From positions 64,001 to 128,000 of the IMG/VR virus record IMGVR_UViG_3300045988_100686: DNA of 64,000 bases, one strand, 5' to 3'. Made by a program: the position numbers and the translations under genes. Source of the stretch: a virus. Each line of letters begins with the position of its first letter. Position 1 is the stretch's first letter. Below the pieces are notes generated by a model, which saw nothing but the letters and a program-made list of their open reading frames with translations, was not told the origin of the DNA and did no database searches. This document shows positions 53,337-63,058 of this stretch, in pieces.

Positions 53337-55418
53337 TCATAAACAGGGGGTCTGATTATTTATATTATAATCCCAACTAATAAGTGGTAGAGAAGCCATA
53401 CTAGAAGAATTAACTGTTAACGAATATGTTTCTCCAGAATTTACTCTAATATAATTATTTACTGTACTCGTTACCCAATTAGTACTTTCACTATCTCCAT
53501 TATCCCACATAGCAGCAGAGCACCAAGTGTTACTTGTTTCTGTATTTACAACAGATTGAGATTGGCTTCTGCTACTATTATAGCCACCTGCTTGTACATA
53601 AATAACTTTTACACCTTTAGGTACTGTAAATGTAATATTGCCTGTAGACGTAAATCTGTAACTTCCTGCGGTCAACGGTCTCAATAATAGTCTGTCATAC
53701 TCAACAACTGCTTTTGTATGGTCTGATGCAGTCCCAGTAGTTAACTGAGTTGCAGTTATAGCTAGTTCTGTACAGTGAGCTTGGGCTGAAGTCATACACT
53801 TAACTTCTACTTTATAGTATTTGTAAAACTCTGTGTTAGAAGACAAGTCTATATCCCAAGAAGCTTTACTTGTATAGTTAGTATTTCTTACAATTTTTAT
53901 AGGAACCCATGTATTATTATTGTAACTACCGTACACAGCTACTAGAATAGGATATACGGTCCAATTTTTGTAAGAAATCTTTGTTACTTTTAGCGGATTA
54001 GGATTATAAAATATTAAGTATCCACTGCCAGTATTAGCAGCCCAGTATTTAGTATCTGTTCCATCAAAAGCCATCCAAGGCATATATGAAGTGCTGTATT
54101 GAGCAGATGCTGATACCGCAAATGAACTACCACCAAGAGTTCCATTAGCAGTTAGTGTAGGTTGCGTCCAAGCTGTTTCTTTATAATATTTAGTAGAATA
54201 TAATTTTGTAGGTACTTTACAGTTAATAGTAGATGCAAAAGGATTTTCTCTATTTGCATATACTCCGTATACATTTCTTTTTGAATGCTTAATAGGAGCA
54301 CCATTATTAGATAAATTTTTAATAATTACCCAACCATCCTGCCCTTTTTTACCATTGGCGGCTTCATTAGTATAATTATAAGATGCACCACCTACGCCTC
54401 CTATACCTCCAAGACCATAGGATTTGCATGGAGAACCGCCATATGCTCCATAGGAAACCGAGTGTGCTTTTGTTCCACCATCTCCTCCTTGAGCCTCTAT
54501 CCCAAAGAATGAAGAAGTTCCACCTTTTGAACCAGGTTTTGAATCACAATCTGAGCCATTTCCATAAACACCTGGACTTCCTGCACCACCCTCTCCTACT
54601 ACTATTTGATAGGTTCCAGCAGGAACATAAATTATTGAATTTATTAATGCACCTCTACCTCCAGACCCCCCACCTGCTGATTTATCTCCAGCTTTTTGTG
54701 CAGCACCTGAACCTCCGCCACCGGCTCCTGCTATTTCTACCTCTAGATATTTATCAGAACTTAAAGTTAATGTGTATGTTCCAGGGGAATCATAATATTT
54801 ATCAACTAACTCTTCACTATTTTCAGTTAATAACTCTGGGTCGCTTGTTCTGGTATAGAGAGGAATTTCTACAGTTTCTGGATTTCTCCATATACCGTTA
54901 ATAGTTAAGAATCCCATAGATGCATAAGTCTGACTATTTGTAGAAGTAATCTTATAACGATAATATCTATACCATCCTTGCTTAGTAGACGGTATATATA
55001 CTGTCCACATCGCATTGACAGTATCATTTGTATTTTGATACGTTGTAAGTGTAGTCCAATGGGAATCGTCATTAGAGCCTTGCAATTCTAAGTCTTTAGC
55101 CATACCCATATGCTGACTTCTATTTCTATGAGTTATAGAATATAATTTTGCCCCTTTAGGGAAATACATAGTATAGTAATAAGGGTCAGACGTAGTTGGC
55201 GCAGAATTTTTTGAAATAGCACAATTTGTTCCCTCAAAATACTGGAAAGAATGGTGTGCATAATAATCTCCATTATAATAGCTACTAGCTCTTACGGCGA
55301 ATTTATCTCCGCCTACTGTTCCGTCCTCTGTAAGAATAGGCTGTATAAATACTTCCTCTCTACCAGAGTAGTGCATAGCATTTCTAAATTCTGGCATATT
55401 ACCATACCTCCAAACCAC
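53337..55418 (-). CDS. tail fibre protein with glycine-rich domain
   Basis: 693 aa; EVEIAGAGGGGSGAAQKAGDKSAGGGSGGRGALINSIIYVPAGTYQIVVGEGGAGSPG...GQDGWVIIK glycine-rich module; N-terminal beta-rich domains. Confidence 0.55.
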   Translation of the reverse strand: MVWRYGNMPEFRNAMHYSGREEVFIQPILTEDGTVGGDKFAVRASSYYNGDYYAHHSFQYFEGTNCAISKNSAPTTSDPYYYTMYFPKGAKLYSITHRNRSQHMGMAKDLELQGSNDDSHWTTLTTYQNTNDTVNAMWTVYIPSTKQGWYRYYRYKITSTNSQTYASMGFLTINGIWRNPETVEIPLYTRTSDPELLTENSEELVDKYYDSPGTYTLTLSSDKYLEVEIAGAGGGGSGAAQKAGDKSAGGGSGGRGALINSIIYVPAGTYQIVVGEGGAGSPGVYGNGSDCDSKPGSKGGTSSFFGIEAQGGDGGTKAHSVSYGAYGGSPCKSYGLGGIGGVGGASYNYTNEAANGKKGQDGWVIIKNLSNNGAPIKHSKRNVYGVYANRENPFASTINCKVPTKLYSTKYYKETAWTQPTLTANGTLGGSSFAVSASAQYSTSYMPWMAFDGTDTKYWAANTGSGYLIFYNPNPLKVTKISYKNWTVYPILVAVYGSYNNNTWVPIKIVRNTNYTSKASWDIDLSSNTEFYKYYKVEVKCMTSAQAHCTELAITATQLTTGTASDHTKAVVEYDRLLLRPLTAGSYRFTSTGNITFTVPKGVKVIYVQAGGYNSSRSQSQSVVNTETSNTWCSAAMWDNGDSESTNWVTSTVNNYIRVNSGETYSLTVNSSSMASLPLISWDYNINNQTPCL

Positions 55419-56694
55419 TAGGTAAAATTAAGTGATTGTCAGTAGTCAATAGTCCTCCTATTTTTTCGGACATATCAGATACATCTATTGCAGACTTATT
55501 AGTTATACCTGTAGCTGTTAATTTGTATCCCCATACTCTACGGGGATAAACTTTACTATTAGACTTTCTAATCCAAGTAGTTTCTGAAGATGTATTAAAA
55601 TTAAAATTCCAGTACCACCCATCTACTCCAGTGTTGACATAAAAATAATAACTAGTTACTCCTGAGTCTTTTGATTTTTGTATTTCTTCTTGTAATTTCT
55701 TAGTATTTATATAGTCTGTATAACACATTACACCACTTACATCATAAGTAGTAGCAAATTCTATTTTTAAGAAATCATAATTTCTCCAAGAATCACTGAA
55801 TGTAATATCTCCAGTCCAACCAGAACTATTTCCTAAGACATCAAATAATTTCGTTTCCGTCATTTGGTCAGCAAAGTAACTCTGCATCTTAGCGATAGCA
55901 GTAGCATGAGTATTAAGAGTACCCGCTACAAAGTTGTCTACTTTTGTATTAAGGGCTGTACTATTGTTTACTACATTGGTAACGTTTGTGCTGCCAGTAG
56001 TTTCTTCAATATTACCAAAAGCTTTTACGCACCATAGTGGTCTAGTAACGTGTGGAGTATTTGCTCCTTGCCCGCAAGCGTACCAACTAGCATATCCATT
56101 AGTATTACGGGTATTAGTAAATGTAGCAGACGACTCATTTCTAGTAGCAAGAGTAGCTGCAGAAAGATTGCCATCATATGATTGTGTAAATTCTACATGA
56201 TATAGTGTATTCTTAAATCGTTTTGGAAATGCAATAGTTTTCTTAGTATAAGCATTATAAGCGTCTAATCTACCACCTTGTTCTACCCAGCCACTTTTCC
56301 AAATTCTCCACCAATTATAGCTGTCTTTGCCTTCGTCTATTACGAAGTCCATAGTCATAGTATCCCGACCTAGATTTAAGCAAGTAGGAACACGGAAATT
56401 AGTAGAGCCATCTCCGTCTGAGTAGTAGGGAACATGACCGTTGTTTTTTAGGTATTTAGTCTGCCAAGCAGATTCACTTAATAATTGCTCAGAGTGAGTA
56501 TTTACATAATTCCAAAGGTCGGAATAAGTGCTTCTAGAATAAAGTAAGCCAGTCAAAGGCAGACTGCCTGAAGGCGCTGTACTACCCATAGTAATATAGA
56601 CATGACCTACTGGCAATAATCCATTACCACTACTAGTTTGAGGAGTAGTTACACTTAGCACCTCCCATTTAGCTGTATTATCTGTAATAGCCAT
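55399..56694 (-). CDS. tail fibre / receptor-binding protein with internal WxxW-DGWxEQGG module
   Basis: 431 aa; YNWWRIWKSGWVEQGGRLDAYN. Confidence 0.5.
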   Translation of the reverse strand: MAITDNTAKWEVLSVTTPQTSSGNGLLPVGHVYITMGSTAPSGSLPLTGLLYSRSTYSDLWNYVNTHSEQLLSESAWQTKYLKNNGHVPYYSDGDGSTNFRVPTCLNLGRDTMTMDFVIDEGKDSYNWWRIWKSGWVEQGGRLDAYNAYTKKTIAFPKRFKNTLYHVEFTQSYDGNLSAATLATRNESSATFTNTRNTNGYASWYACGQGANTPHVTRPLWCVKAFGNIEETTGSTNVTNVVNNSTALNTKVDNFVAGTLNTHATAIAKMQSYFADQMTETKLFDVLGNSSGWTGDITFSDSWRNYDFLKIEFATTYDVSGVMCYTDYINTKKLQEEIQKSKDSGVTSYYFYVNTGVDGWYWNFNFNTSSETTWIRKSNSKVYPRRVWGYKLTATGITNKSAIDVSDMSEKIGGLLTTDNHLILPSGLEVW

Positions 56695-56696
56695 AC

Positions 56697-57218
56697 TTAA
56701 TTCTCCTTGTTAAATAATGCGTCTAATTCTTCTACTGTTGTGCAGTTATTAACCTGTTCTTGCATTGTCCACCCCTCTTGCTTGCAGAGACCGATATGCA
56801 TAGATAAATCAGCGCACCATTGCATTACCTGTTCAGCAGATAGCATAAAAATAGATTTATTAATAGCCCCATCTGCATAACCTCGCACAGGACAACCATC
56901 TGGATATTTTTCAGCGAACAAAGAAGTATTTACGTTAAGAGCAATACCTTGCATAGTAAGTTGGGTATCTTTGTCAGAATCATATTTTACAGATTCTCCG
57001 CTAGCAGTACTCGTAAATCCACCTACTATTTTATCAGCGGTTAATTTATCTACTAATTTGAGTTTTTCTGCTTTTAATTCATCAAGTGTAGGGCTAGGAA
57101 TGGCTACTACTTCATAGTAATTACCTTTATCCTGTATAGTAGCATTATTAGAATTACACCATACTGCAAGGTCAGCATATTTACTCATATCATTTTTATA
57201 AATTTTAGTGCCTAACAT
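56697..57218 (-). CDS. possible tail fibre assembly/chaperone-like protein
   Basis: 173 aa, located between two fibre genes; assignment by position and size only. Confidence 0.3.
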   Translation of the reverse strand: MLGTKIYKNDMSKYADLAVWCNSNNATIQDKGNYYEVVAIPSPTLDELKAEKLKLVDKLTADKIVGGFTSTASGESVKYDSDKDTQLTMQGIALNVNTSLFAEKYPDGCPVRGYADGAINKSIFMLSAEQVMQWCADLSMHIGLCKQEGWTMQEQVNNCTTVEELDALFNKEN

Positions 57219-57222
57219 TTAT

Positions 57223-58614
57223 TTACGCTCCTTGTCCTTCAACTTTCCAAAACAGTGTTTTATATCCTCCAGCACTATTGTACACAGAAAAACTTGTAGT
57301 TGTTGGGACTGAATTTATCCATACATTTTCATTGTTGGAGTCAGTTGTAATATTATCTGCACGTTCTGTAAAAATAATTGTGTAGTCAATATTCTTCATA
57401 GGTTGATGAAGAGTTATTGTTGTTGTAACATTGTCTGGAAGTATTTTAGAAATATATCCGCCTTGTTCTAACCATCCGTCAGACCATTTTCTATACCAAT
57501 TGGCTCTGTTTTGATAGGTTTTTACTACGAATTTACTATTACTCTCGTGAGTATTCATTCTAGTAGAGATACTTTCAATTCCGGTCAATACGTTTTTTAA
57601 GTCTGTATTGTTGCTATTTACTATAGTACCGAATGCTTTAATTACCCATACACCATTCATTGTGTCTGGATTAATTGCAATAGTTCCTGAAACACTACTT
57701 CCGCTAGCACTTAAAGGCATAGAGGTTATCATATTACCAACATAAGAAGTTACGTCTCCTGAGTAGCCACCGCCCCCACCAGAACCATTCCAACTACGAG
57801 AGCCAGATGTAGGTTTCAATGGGAAAGATTGTAGGGCACTTGTAGCTAAGAATGAACCTGAATTATTAGCAGTATTGTAACCGAAACCGTGATAGTGATT
57901 ACTAATTAAATCAGCAACACCAGCAGAAGAGTCTGCTTTAAATGTTCCAATCTTACTATTATCTGTGTTTCCTTTTGCGTATCCTGCTAGTAACGGAGTT
58001 CTAAACGTAGAAGAACCGTCGCCGCTGGAATAGTAAGGTACAAATTTACCTCCAGACGCTGTATATTTCTTCTGCCACTCTGTTTCTGTAATAACTAAGC
58101 CAGACTTACTTTGAGCATAAGCCCATAAAGCAGAGTATGTAGAGCGACTATACGCAACACCCGTAGCTAAAATTTCGTCCTCGTCTTTTTCTGCTATATT
58201 ATAAATCCATCTTACGGCGCCTATTCTATACACAGAAGAAAAATCAGCCAAAATTGCATCAGAAGTTATAGAAGGTTGAGAAGAACCTGTGGTACCAGCT
58301 TGTACACATTTTAATATTTTGCCTGTATTAGCTCTACCTGCCGGAATTCTAATATCTCCTACTTTAACAGCTTCGCTAGCTTTCCAGTAAAATTCTCCTG
58401 TATCAAAGGAAAAGGGACCCCACGAACTATCTGTCCGTTTAATTAGAAACTCACTGGAGTCTGAAGAACTTCCTGCCTCACTAGGGTTAATCCAGATAGC
58501 GTTAACCGGCAGGTTTGCTGGAGGATTCGTACCCACATAAACATAATTAGAGAATTTTGATTTTAGCTTCCCATAGAAATATGAGAGACCGTTTTCATCT
58601 AAAAATTTAGCCAC
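57223..58614 (-). CDS. tail fibre / receptor-binding protein with C-terminal WxxW-DGWxEQGG module
   Basis: 463 aa; NWYRKWSDGWLEQGGYISKILPDNVTTT. Confidence 0.5.
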   Translation of the reverse strand: MAKFLDENGLSYFYGKLKSKFSNYVYVGTNPPANLPVNAIWINPSEAGSSSDSSEFLIKRTDSSWGPFSFDTGEFYWKASEAVKVGDIRIPAGRANTGKILKCVQAGTTGSSQPSITSDAILADFSSVYRIGAVRWIYNIAEKDEDEILATGVAYSRSTYSALWAYAQSKSGLVITETEWQKKYTASGGKFVPYYSSGDGSSTFRTPLLAGYAKGNTDNSKIGTFKADSSAGVADLISNHYHGFGYNTANNSGSFLATSALQSFPLKPTSGSRSWNGSGGGGGYSGDVTSYVGNMITSMPLSASGSSVSGTIAINPDTMNGVWVIKAFGTIVNSNNTDLKNVLTGIESISTRMNTHESNSKFVVKTYQNRANWYRKWSDGWLEQGGYISKILPDNVTTTITLHQPMKNIDYTIIFTERADNITTDSNNENVWINSVPTTTSFSVYNSAGGYKTLFWKVEGQGA

Positions 58615-58668
58615 GTTTTGCTCCTTTTCTTCGTCAGCAGTACCTGCCAGACGAGATTTAATTATAGT

Positions 58669-58839
58669 TTATACTTCATGAGAATAGACTATCTCTTTAC
58701 ATTCCTGATAAAGCTTTTCCATTCCATCATTTACCTTTAGTCTGTTCTTTATTACTGCATCATGAATCTGGCGTATAGCAAACCAGTTGTGTTCAAAACC
58801 ATGAGTAAGCAGCCACCACATAGCCAAATTAAGGCGCAT
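58669..58839 (-). CDS. possible small ORF (56 aa) in 450-bp fibre intergenic spacer
   Basis: ATG 58839..58837 to TAA 58671..58669; no convincing RBS; below ORF-track cutoff. Confidence 0.2.
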   Translation of the reverse strand: MRLNLAMWWLLTHGFEHNWFAIRQIHDAVIKNRLKVNDGMEKLYQECKEIVYSHEV

Positions 58840-59064
58840 CCAGGTGTGGTTGCTCTGTTAATTCAGCTTTTGGTTTAAGAATACTCGTATAGGCATTAAT
58901 TATTGATGCTAACATAGTTTATAATCGCCTCTACTTTCACTAAATATTATACCTTACTGTATTAACCCGTGGTTCATCTTCTAATTTTTTATACCTAAGC
59001 CAAAAATATAGAGCCTAAGCAGTTTGAAATAAACCACCAGACTCTATATAATATCTATACCAGA

Positions 59065-60270
59065 TTAAGCAAGCAAACCATCAATAGTGTCATTATCAAT
59101 AACACTTGTTTCATTTACCGGGGTATAACCTAATGCTGCTACTACATTAGCTTTAGTTAAGCTAATAGTACCAGAAGACACAGTTAAGTTAGAGCCAATT
59201 TTTACACCACCTTTAACAGATGCTGTAGCATCAGGCAAAGAATATGCAGCTGGAATTGTCGGTTTATTAGTTAAATCGTTATAACTGCCGCTAGTAGCAA
59301 CAGTTGATAGACCTGTAATCATAGAAGCTGGATGATTAGTAGGATGCGTATAGACTGTATCCGTAAATTTAGCGTTTTTGGGTACGGACGTTTCTACTGT
59401 TAAATTGTTTACCTTTGAAGCATTTACTGCCGTATCGTTTTTACCTAATTTACCATCTAAGGCTACTTTGATAACCTTGTTCTGTACAGGGTTAGTAGAG
59501 GATGAGGACAGCTCACTGTCCACCGTCGATGGTGCAGGTATTGTCGGTTTGTCTGTAAGGTCATTATAACTTCCGCTTGTTGCCACACTTGCAAGACCTG
59601 TAATCATGCTTGCCGGGTGCGTTGACGGATGTATATACACGGTATCTGTAAATTTAGCTCCGCTTGGAACAGAAGTACCCAATGTATATGTTGTAGCAAC
59701 AGGGATACCATTATTAAAGTATACTGGCTGTGTAGCAGAGCCAGCATTGGTGTTCAACTTGTTTGCACTTGTAGCAGCAGCAGTTTTACCCAAGTATGTA
59801 GTAGATGCATCAGTTTTAGTCAGGTAGTCACTCATGTCCATCTTTTGGGTGCCAAGAGTTTCCCACTTACTGTCTACATAGATATATTCTGTGTATAGGT
59901 TGTTAGTTTCACTACCAGTTTTCAGCAGATATATAGTTGTATTAGATATATCAGACGTTGGTAGCGCGTCAACTACTAAAATTGCAAATTTAGGAATCGC
60001 AGATACCCTACTATCAACTTCAGTCTTTGTATAATAATTGTCTAAGGATTGGTGGCTTGTTAAGGGTGTAATTGTTGTGCTACCCAACGTAATTACGCCA
60101 TTACTAATCTTAGCATCAGTGATACCATATCCATCTATGGTATTAGCTTTATCAGCTTTATTTGAAACCTTAGTATCAATAGCTGTACTAACCTGAGCAG
60201 ACGTAGTAAAGTTCGCCTTAATATTTGCGACCAACCTTTCAAGTCCTGTTTGGTCTAGATAAGTTGTCAT
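59065..60270 (-). CDS. tail fibre protein with internal ~130-bp direct repeats
   Basis: 401 aa; FTDTVYIHPSTHPASMITGLASVATSGSYNDLTDKPTIPA and FTDTVYTHPTNHPASMITGLSTVATSGSYNDLTNKPTIPA repeats. Confidence 0.55.
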   Translation of the reverse strand: MTTYLDQTGLERLVANIKANFTTSAQVSTAIDTKVSNKADKANTIDGYGITDAKISNGVITLGSTTITPLTSHQSLDNYYTKTEVDSRVSAIPKFAILVVDALPTSDISNTTIYLLKTGSETNNLYTEYIYVDSKWETLGTQKMDMSDYLTKTDASTTYLGKTAAATSANKLNTNAGSATQPVYFNNGIPVATTYTLGTSVPSGAKFTDTVYIHPSTHPASMITGLASVATSGSYNDLTDKPTIPAPSTVDSELSSSSTNPVQNKVIKVALDGKLGKNDTAVNASKVNNLTVETSVPKNAKFTDTVYTHPTNHPASMITGLSTVATSGSYNDLTNKPTIPAAYSLPDATASVKGGVKIGSNLTVSSGTISLTKANVVAALGYTPVNETSVIDNDTIDGLLA

Positions 60271-60290
60271 ATTAAGTATCCATTCTTCAC

Positions 60291-60518
60291 TTATTTTTGT
60301 ATGTCTGCAAACAACGCATCAATTGTTTCATCCGAAATAATTGGGACGCCTGTGTAAGGGAGAAGGCGCCAAGGAGTGGCACCATCTCCTAGTTTGGAAA
60401 ACCCAGTATTAGTTTCATATCCTGTTTGTCCATCCTCTAATACTGGATTTTTTGCTCCCCAATTATCGGCAGTATCCCTGCGTTGTTGCATAATGACATT
60501 GAGCACATGTGTAGTCAT
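60291..60518 (-). CDS. stand-alone copy of fibre N-terminal (Mtd_N-like) domain
   Basis: 75 aa; RRDTADNWGAKNPVLEDGQTGYETNTGFSKLGDGATPWRLLPY parallels the N-terminus of 60534..61709. Confidence 0.5.
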   Translation of the reverse strand: MTTHVLNVIMQQRRDTADNWGAKNPVLEDGQTGYETNTGFSKLGDGATPWRLLPYTGVPIISDETIDALFADIQK

Positions 60519-60533
60519 TATGCCACTCCTTTA

Positions 60534-61709
60534 TTAGAGGGAAGCTGTGCCACCCTCTAGAACTAGAGTATCTCCAGCTGGAACAAAGAGTTTAGTTGTA
60601 CTGAGGCTTGCAGCTGCAATTTTATCATCAGTTACAGCTCCAATAGCCAATTTTGCAGTGTTCACAGCTTCATTAGCCAATTTTGCAGTGTTCACGGCTC
60701 CGTCAGTCAGTTTATCAGTGTTCACAACTCCAGCAGCAATACTTGGTGCAGCTACAGTGCCGGTCAAATCACCTGTAAGAACATCTTCTTTCTTTGCATA
60801 TGGGGTGAGATCTGCTGCATCCGTTACACTAATAGTACCATCATCAGTGACAGTTATATTCTTACCAATCTTCACGCTGCCAAGAGTATCCGCGGAAGCA
60901 GCTGGCAGAGTGTAACGCTCACTTGCAAGGACTACCTTATCTTCTACTTTTTTCAGAGCAGCATTAAGGGAGTCTGTTTCCTCAAAGTAGGTACCAGTAT
61001 AACCAGTCATTGCAGTGACATCACTGGATTTGTGTGTATGTGCCTCAGGTCTAAACTCAGTTGGCTTATTTTCTACTCCAGACCAGTCAATAGCAGTTGC
61101 ACGGCCAGCAGTGTATTCAGTGAACGCTTCAGCAGTACCAAGTTTAGTCTCATCAGAAACAAGGTACAGGATACCTGTCTCAGTTACTTTTACAGTATCA
61201 CCATTCTGTACATCTTTAGTAGTTAGTGCAAATCTTCCAGCATCATTAGTTACCAATACCAAATTATCCAGTGCACCCTTTGGCAGACGTGCAATATCAA
61301 TAGTACCAGTAGTAATCTTTGAAGCATCCAAATTTGCCAGAGTAGCATTGATTTCAATGTTTTTAGAGCCATCAAAAGTTGCAGCGCCAGTAACAGCACC
61401 ACTCAATGCAATATTTCTAGCAACAGCAAGTTTATCTGCAGTCTCTGCAGCATTAGCTTTACCGCCGTCGAACTTAGCTTCCAGTGCTGCAATAGCGTCC
61501 TCAAGACGTTTATCTACATATGGAAGGCCATTCCACGCAGTTGTACCATCACCGAATTTTACTCGGTTGGTATCTGTTTCTCTACCTGCTTCATTTTGCA
61601 GTAGGACAGGATTTACGTTTCTCCAATTTTCAGCAGTGTCACCACGGAACGTAAATCTAATTTTCAGGTTGTTTAAAGCCACTAGCATTTCCTCCTTGAA
61701 TGACCTCAA
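60534..61709 (-). CDS. tail fibre protein with Mtd_N-like N-terminus and 10-aa tandem repeats
   Basis: 391 aa; RGDTAENWRNVNPVLLQNEAGRETDTNRVKFGDGTTAWNGLPY; GAVNTAKLAN/EAVNTAKLAI/GAVTDDKIAA encoded by 30-bp tandem repeats. Confidence 0.55.
   Translation of the reverse strand: MRSFKEEMLVALNNLKIRFTFRGDTAENWRNVNPVLLQNEAGRETDTNRVKFGDGTTAWNGLPYVDKRLEDAIAALEAKFDGGKANAAETADKLAVARNIALSGAVTGAATFDGSKNIEINATLANLDASKITTGTIDIARLPKGALDNLVLVTNDAGRFALTTKDVQNGDTVKVTETGILYLVSDETKLGTAEAFTEYTAGRATAIDWSGVENKPTEFRPEAHTHKSSDVTAMTGYTGTYFEETDSLNAALKKVEDKVVLASERYTLPAASADTLGSVKIGKNITVTDDGTISVTDAADLTPYAKKEDVLTGDLTGTVAAPSIAAGVVNTDKLTDGAVNTAKLANEAVNTAKLAIGAVTDDKIAAASLSTTKLFVPAGDTLVLEGGTASL
60645..60734. repeat. 3 x 30-bp tandem repeat inside fibre gene
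   Basis: agccaattttgcagtgttcacagcttcatt / agccaattttgcagtgttcacggctccgtc / agtcagtttatcagtgttcacaactccagc. Confidence 0.8.
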
Positions 61710-62187
61710 TGGAATTTAAGATTTCTTCAACTTGATTAGTAATTTTATATTCTAATTCCTCAGCGCTCAAACCTGGAGCGCAAGGAACATAAGAAACAGC
61801 ATCATCGCTCCACCTGTACAGCTCATTGGTTTCCTTGATTATATATAACCCATTTTCAATACCAATAGCTGGAAGGTTAGCCTTTGTTTCTACCGCATTA
61901 ACACTACTATTATCACCTGTGACAGGAGAATACTCATTATCAACAAACGCATATAGACAACCATTAGATTTGTCTAAATATAAGTACCGAGGGTCACCCG
62001 TTAGCGGAAACTTATCAAAGCTTTCCGCAATAATCAACTGAGTAGTGTTACCCTGTTCACTGAGCCACTCTGTTAGGGTTTTGCCCGTTCGGTGATTTAT
62101 GACCACCTTATCTGCGCTAATTGCATTGAGATAGTTTTTCTTATTTAATGCGGAGAATGTGATATTTAATGTAGAAGTCAACCTCAA
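61657..62187 (-). CDS. hypothetical tail-associated protein (176 aa)
   Basis: ORF overlapping both neighbours. Confidence 0.45.
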   Translation of the reverse strand: MRLTSTLNITFSALNKKNYLNAISADKVVINHRTGKTLTEWLSEQGNTTQLIIAESFDKFPLTGDPRYLYLDKSNGCLYAFVDNEYSPVTGDNSSVNAVETKANLPAIGIENGLYIIKETNELYRWSDDAVSYVPCAPGLSAEELEYKITNQVEEILNSIEVIQGGNASGFKQPEN

Positions 62188-63047
62188 CCCTCCGCAACTA
62201 TTCTGTCTATAGTAGCAGTATCTATAGCTGTATTTACAGTTTCCCCACTGCCGCCACTTCCTGGTGTACCAACATATACCTTTCCAGTGCCAAGTATTTC
62301 GAGTGTTAGAGCATTAACTTTACCTATAGCTAGGTTTATATTATTCTCAACAACTTCTAATGTGCCACCAACAACAGTTGCAGTGATTGCAGCAGATACA
62401 CTACGTAAATCGATATACACACGCACTAAACGACTATACCCACTAACATATACACAGCCACTTACATCAATAGTTAAGTTTCCTGTTGGTGTTACATAAT
62501 ATACTGACGTAGTATCATTTACAGCCAACGTGTTATTAACTGATGTTAACTTATCATGCAATGGCGCATCTACCATTATGTATGAACTTATTGGAGAAAG
62601 TGTATTTATTTTGATAGTACTTATAGAATTACCAAACTCTTCAGTACCCTTGTAGAAAGTGTCAGTTTGAGGTGGCTTAGGTGTACCATACACAGTAATA
62701 TCCCCGTTATCATCCGGGGACTTTCCACAGATAGTTCTAACAATGCCTTTAAGTGTGCCACCTAGATCATCCCAAGTGGTACCATTCCAGGTAAAGTTCA
62801 TACCTGCAGCGTGAGTACCGTCACCATTTGTTACAGAATAGGTCCATCCAACAGCTGGATTCTCAGGGAGGTCAGAGTAGTTTTCAACCACTCCCTTCCA
62901 AACAAGCACAGACGCCAATCCTAGTTGAGCAGCTGTAACTTCATGCGGATTCTCAGTGTTAGCAGCGTGGGACTTTAAAACCTCAATAACTTCATCTACA
63001 GTGTGAACAGTGACTGCTTGTGTAGGAGTGCTTGTAAACTTATCCAC
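62184..63047 (-). CDS. tail/baseplate structural protein (287 aa)
   Basis: ORF, co-oriented, beta-rich. Confidence 0.45.
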   Translation of the reverse strand: MDKFTSTPTQAVTVHTVDEVIEVLKSHAANTENPHEVTAAQLGLASVLVWKGVVENYSDLPENPAVGWTYSVTNGDGTHAAGMNFTWNGTTWDDLGGTLKGIVRTICGKSPDDNGDITVYGTPKPPQTDTFYKGTEEFGNSISTIKINTLSPISSYIMVDAPLHDKLTSVNNTLAVNDTTSVYYVTPTGNLTIDVSGCVYVSGYSRLVRVYIDLRSVSAAITATVVGGTLEVVENNINLAIGKVNALTLEILGTGKVYVGTPGSGGSGETVNTAIDTATIDRIVAEG

Positions 63048-63058
63048 ATTATCACCCC

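Noticed and set aside
54383-54901. 172-aa His/Leu-rich plus-strand ORF
   Set aside because: Antisense image of the glycine-rich coding region (GGN/NCC periodicity creates open antisense frames); no start context.
61015-61719. 234-aa plus-strand ORF overlapping the fibre gene 60534..61709
   Set aside because: Ser/Ala/Val-rich antisense shadow of the Ala/Thr/Gly-rich fibre repeats; no RBS.
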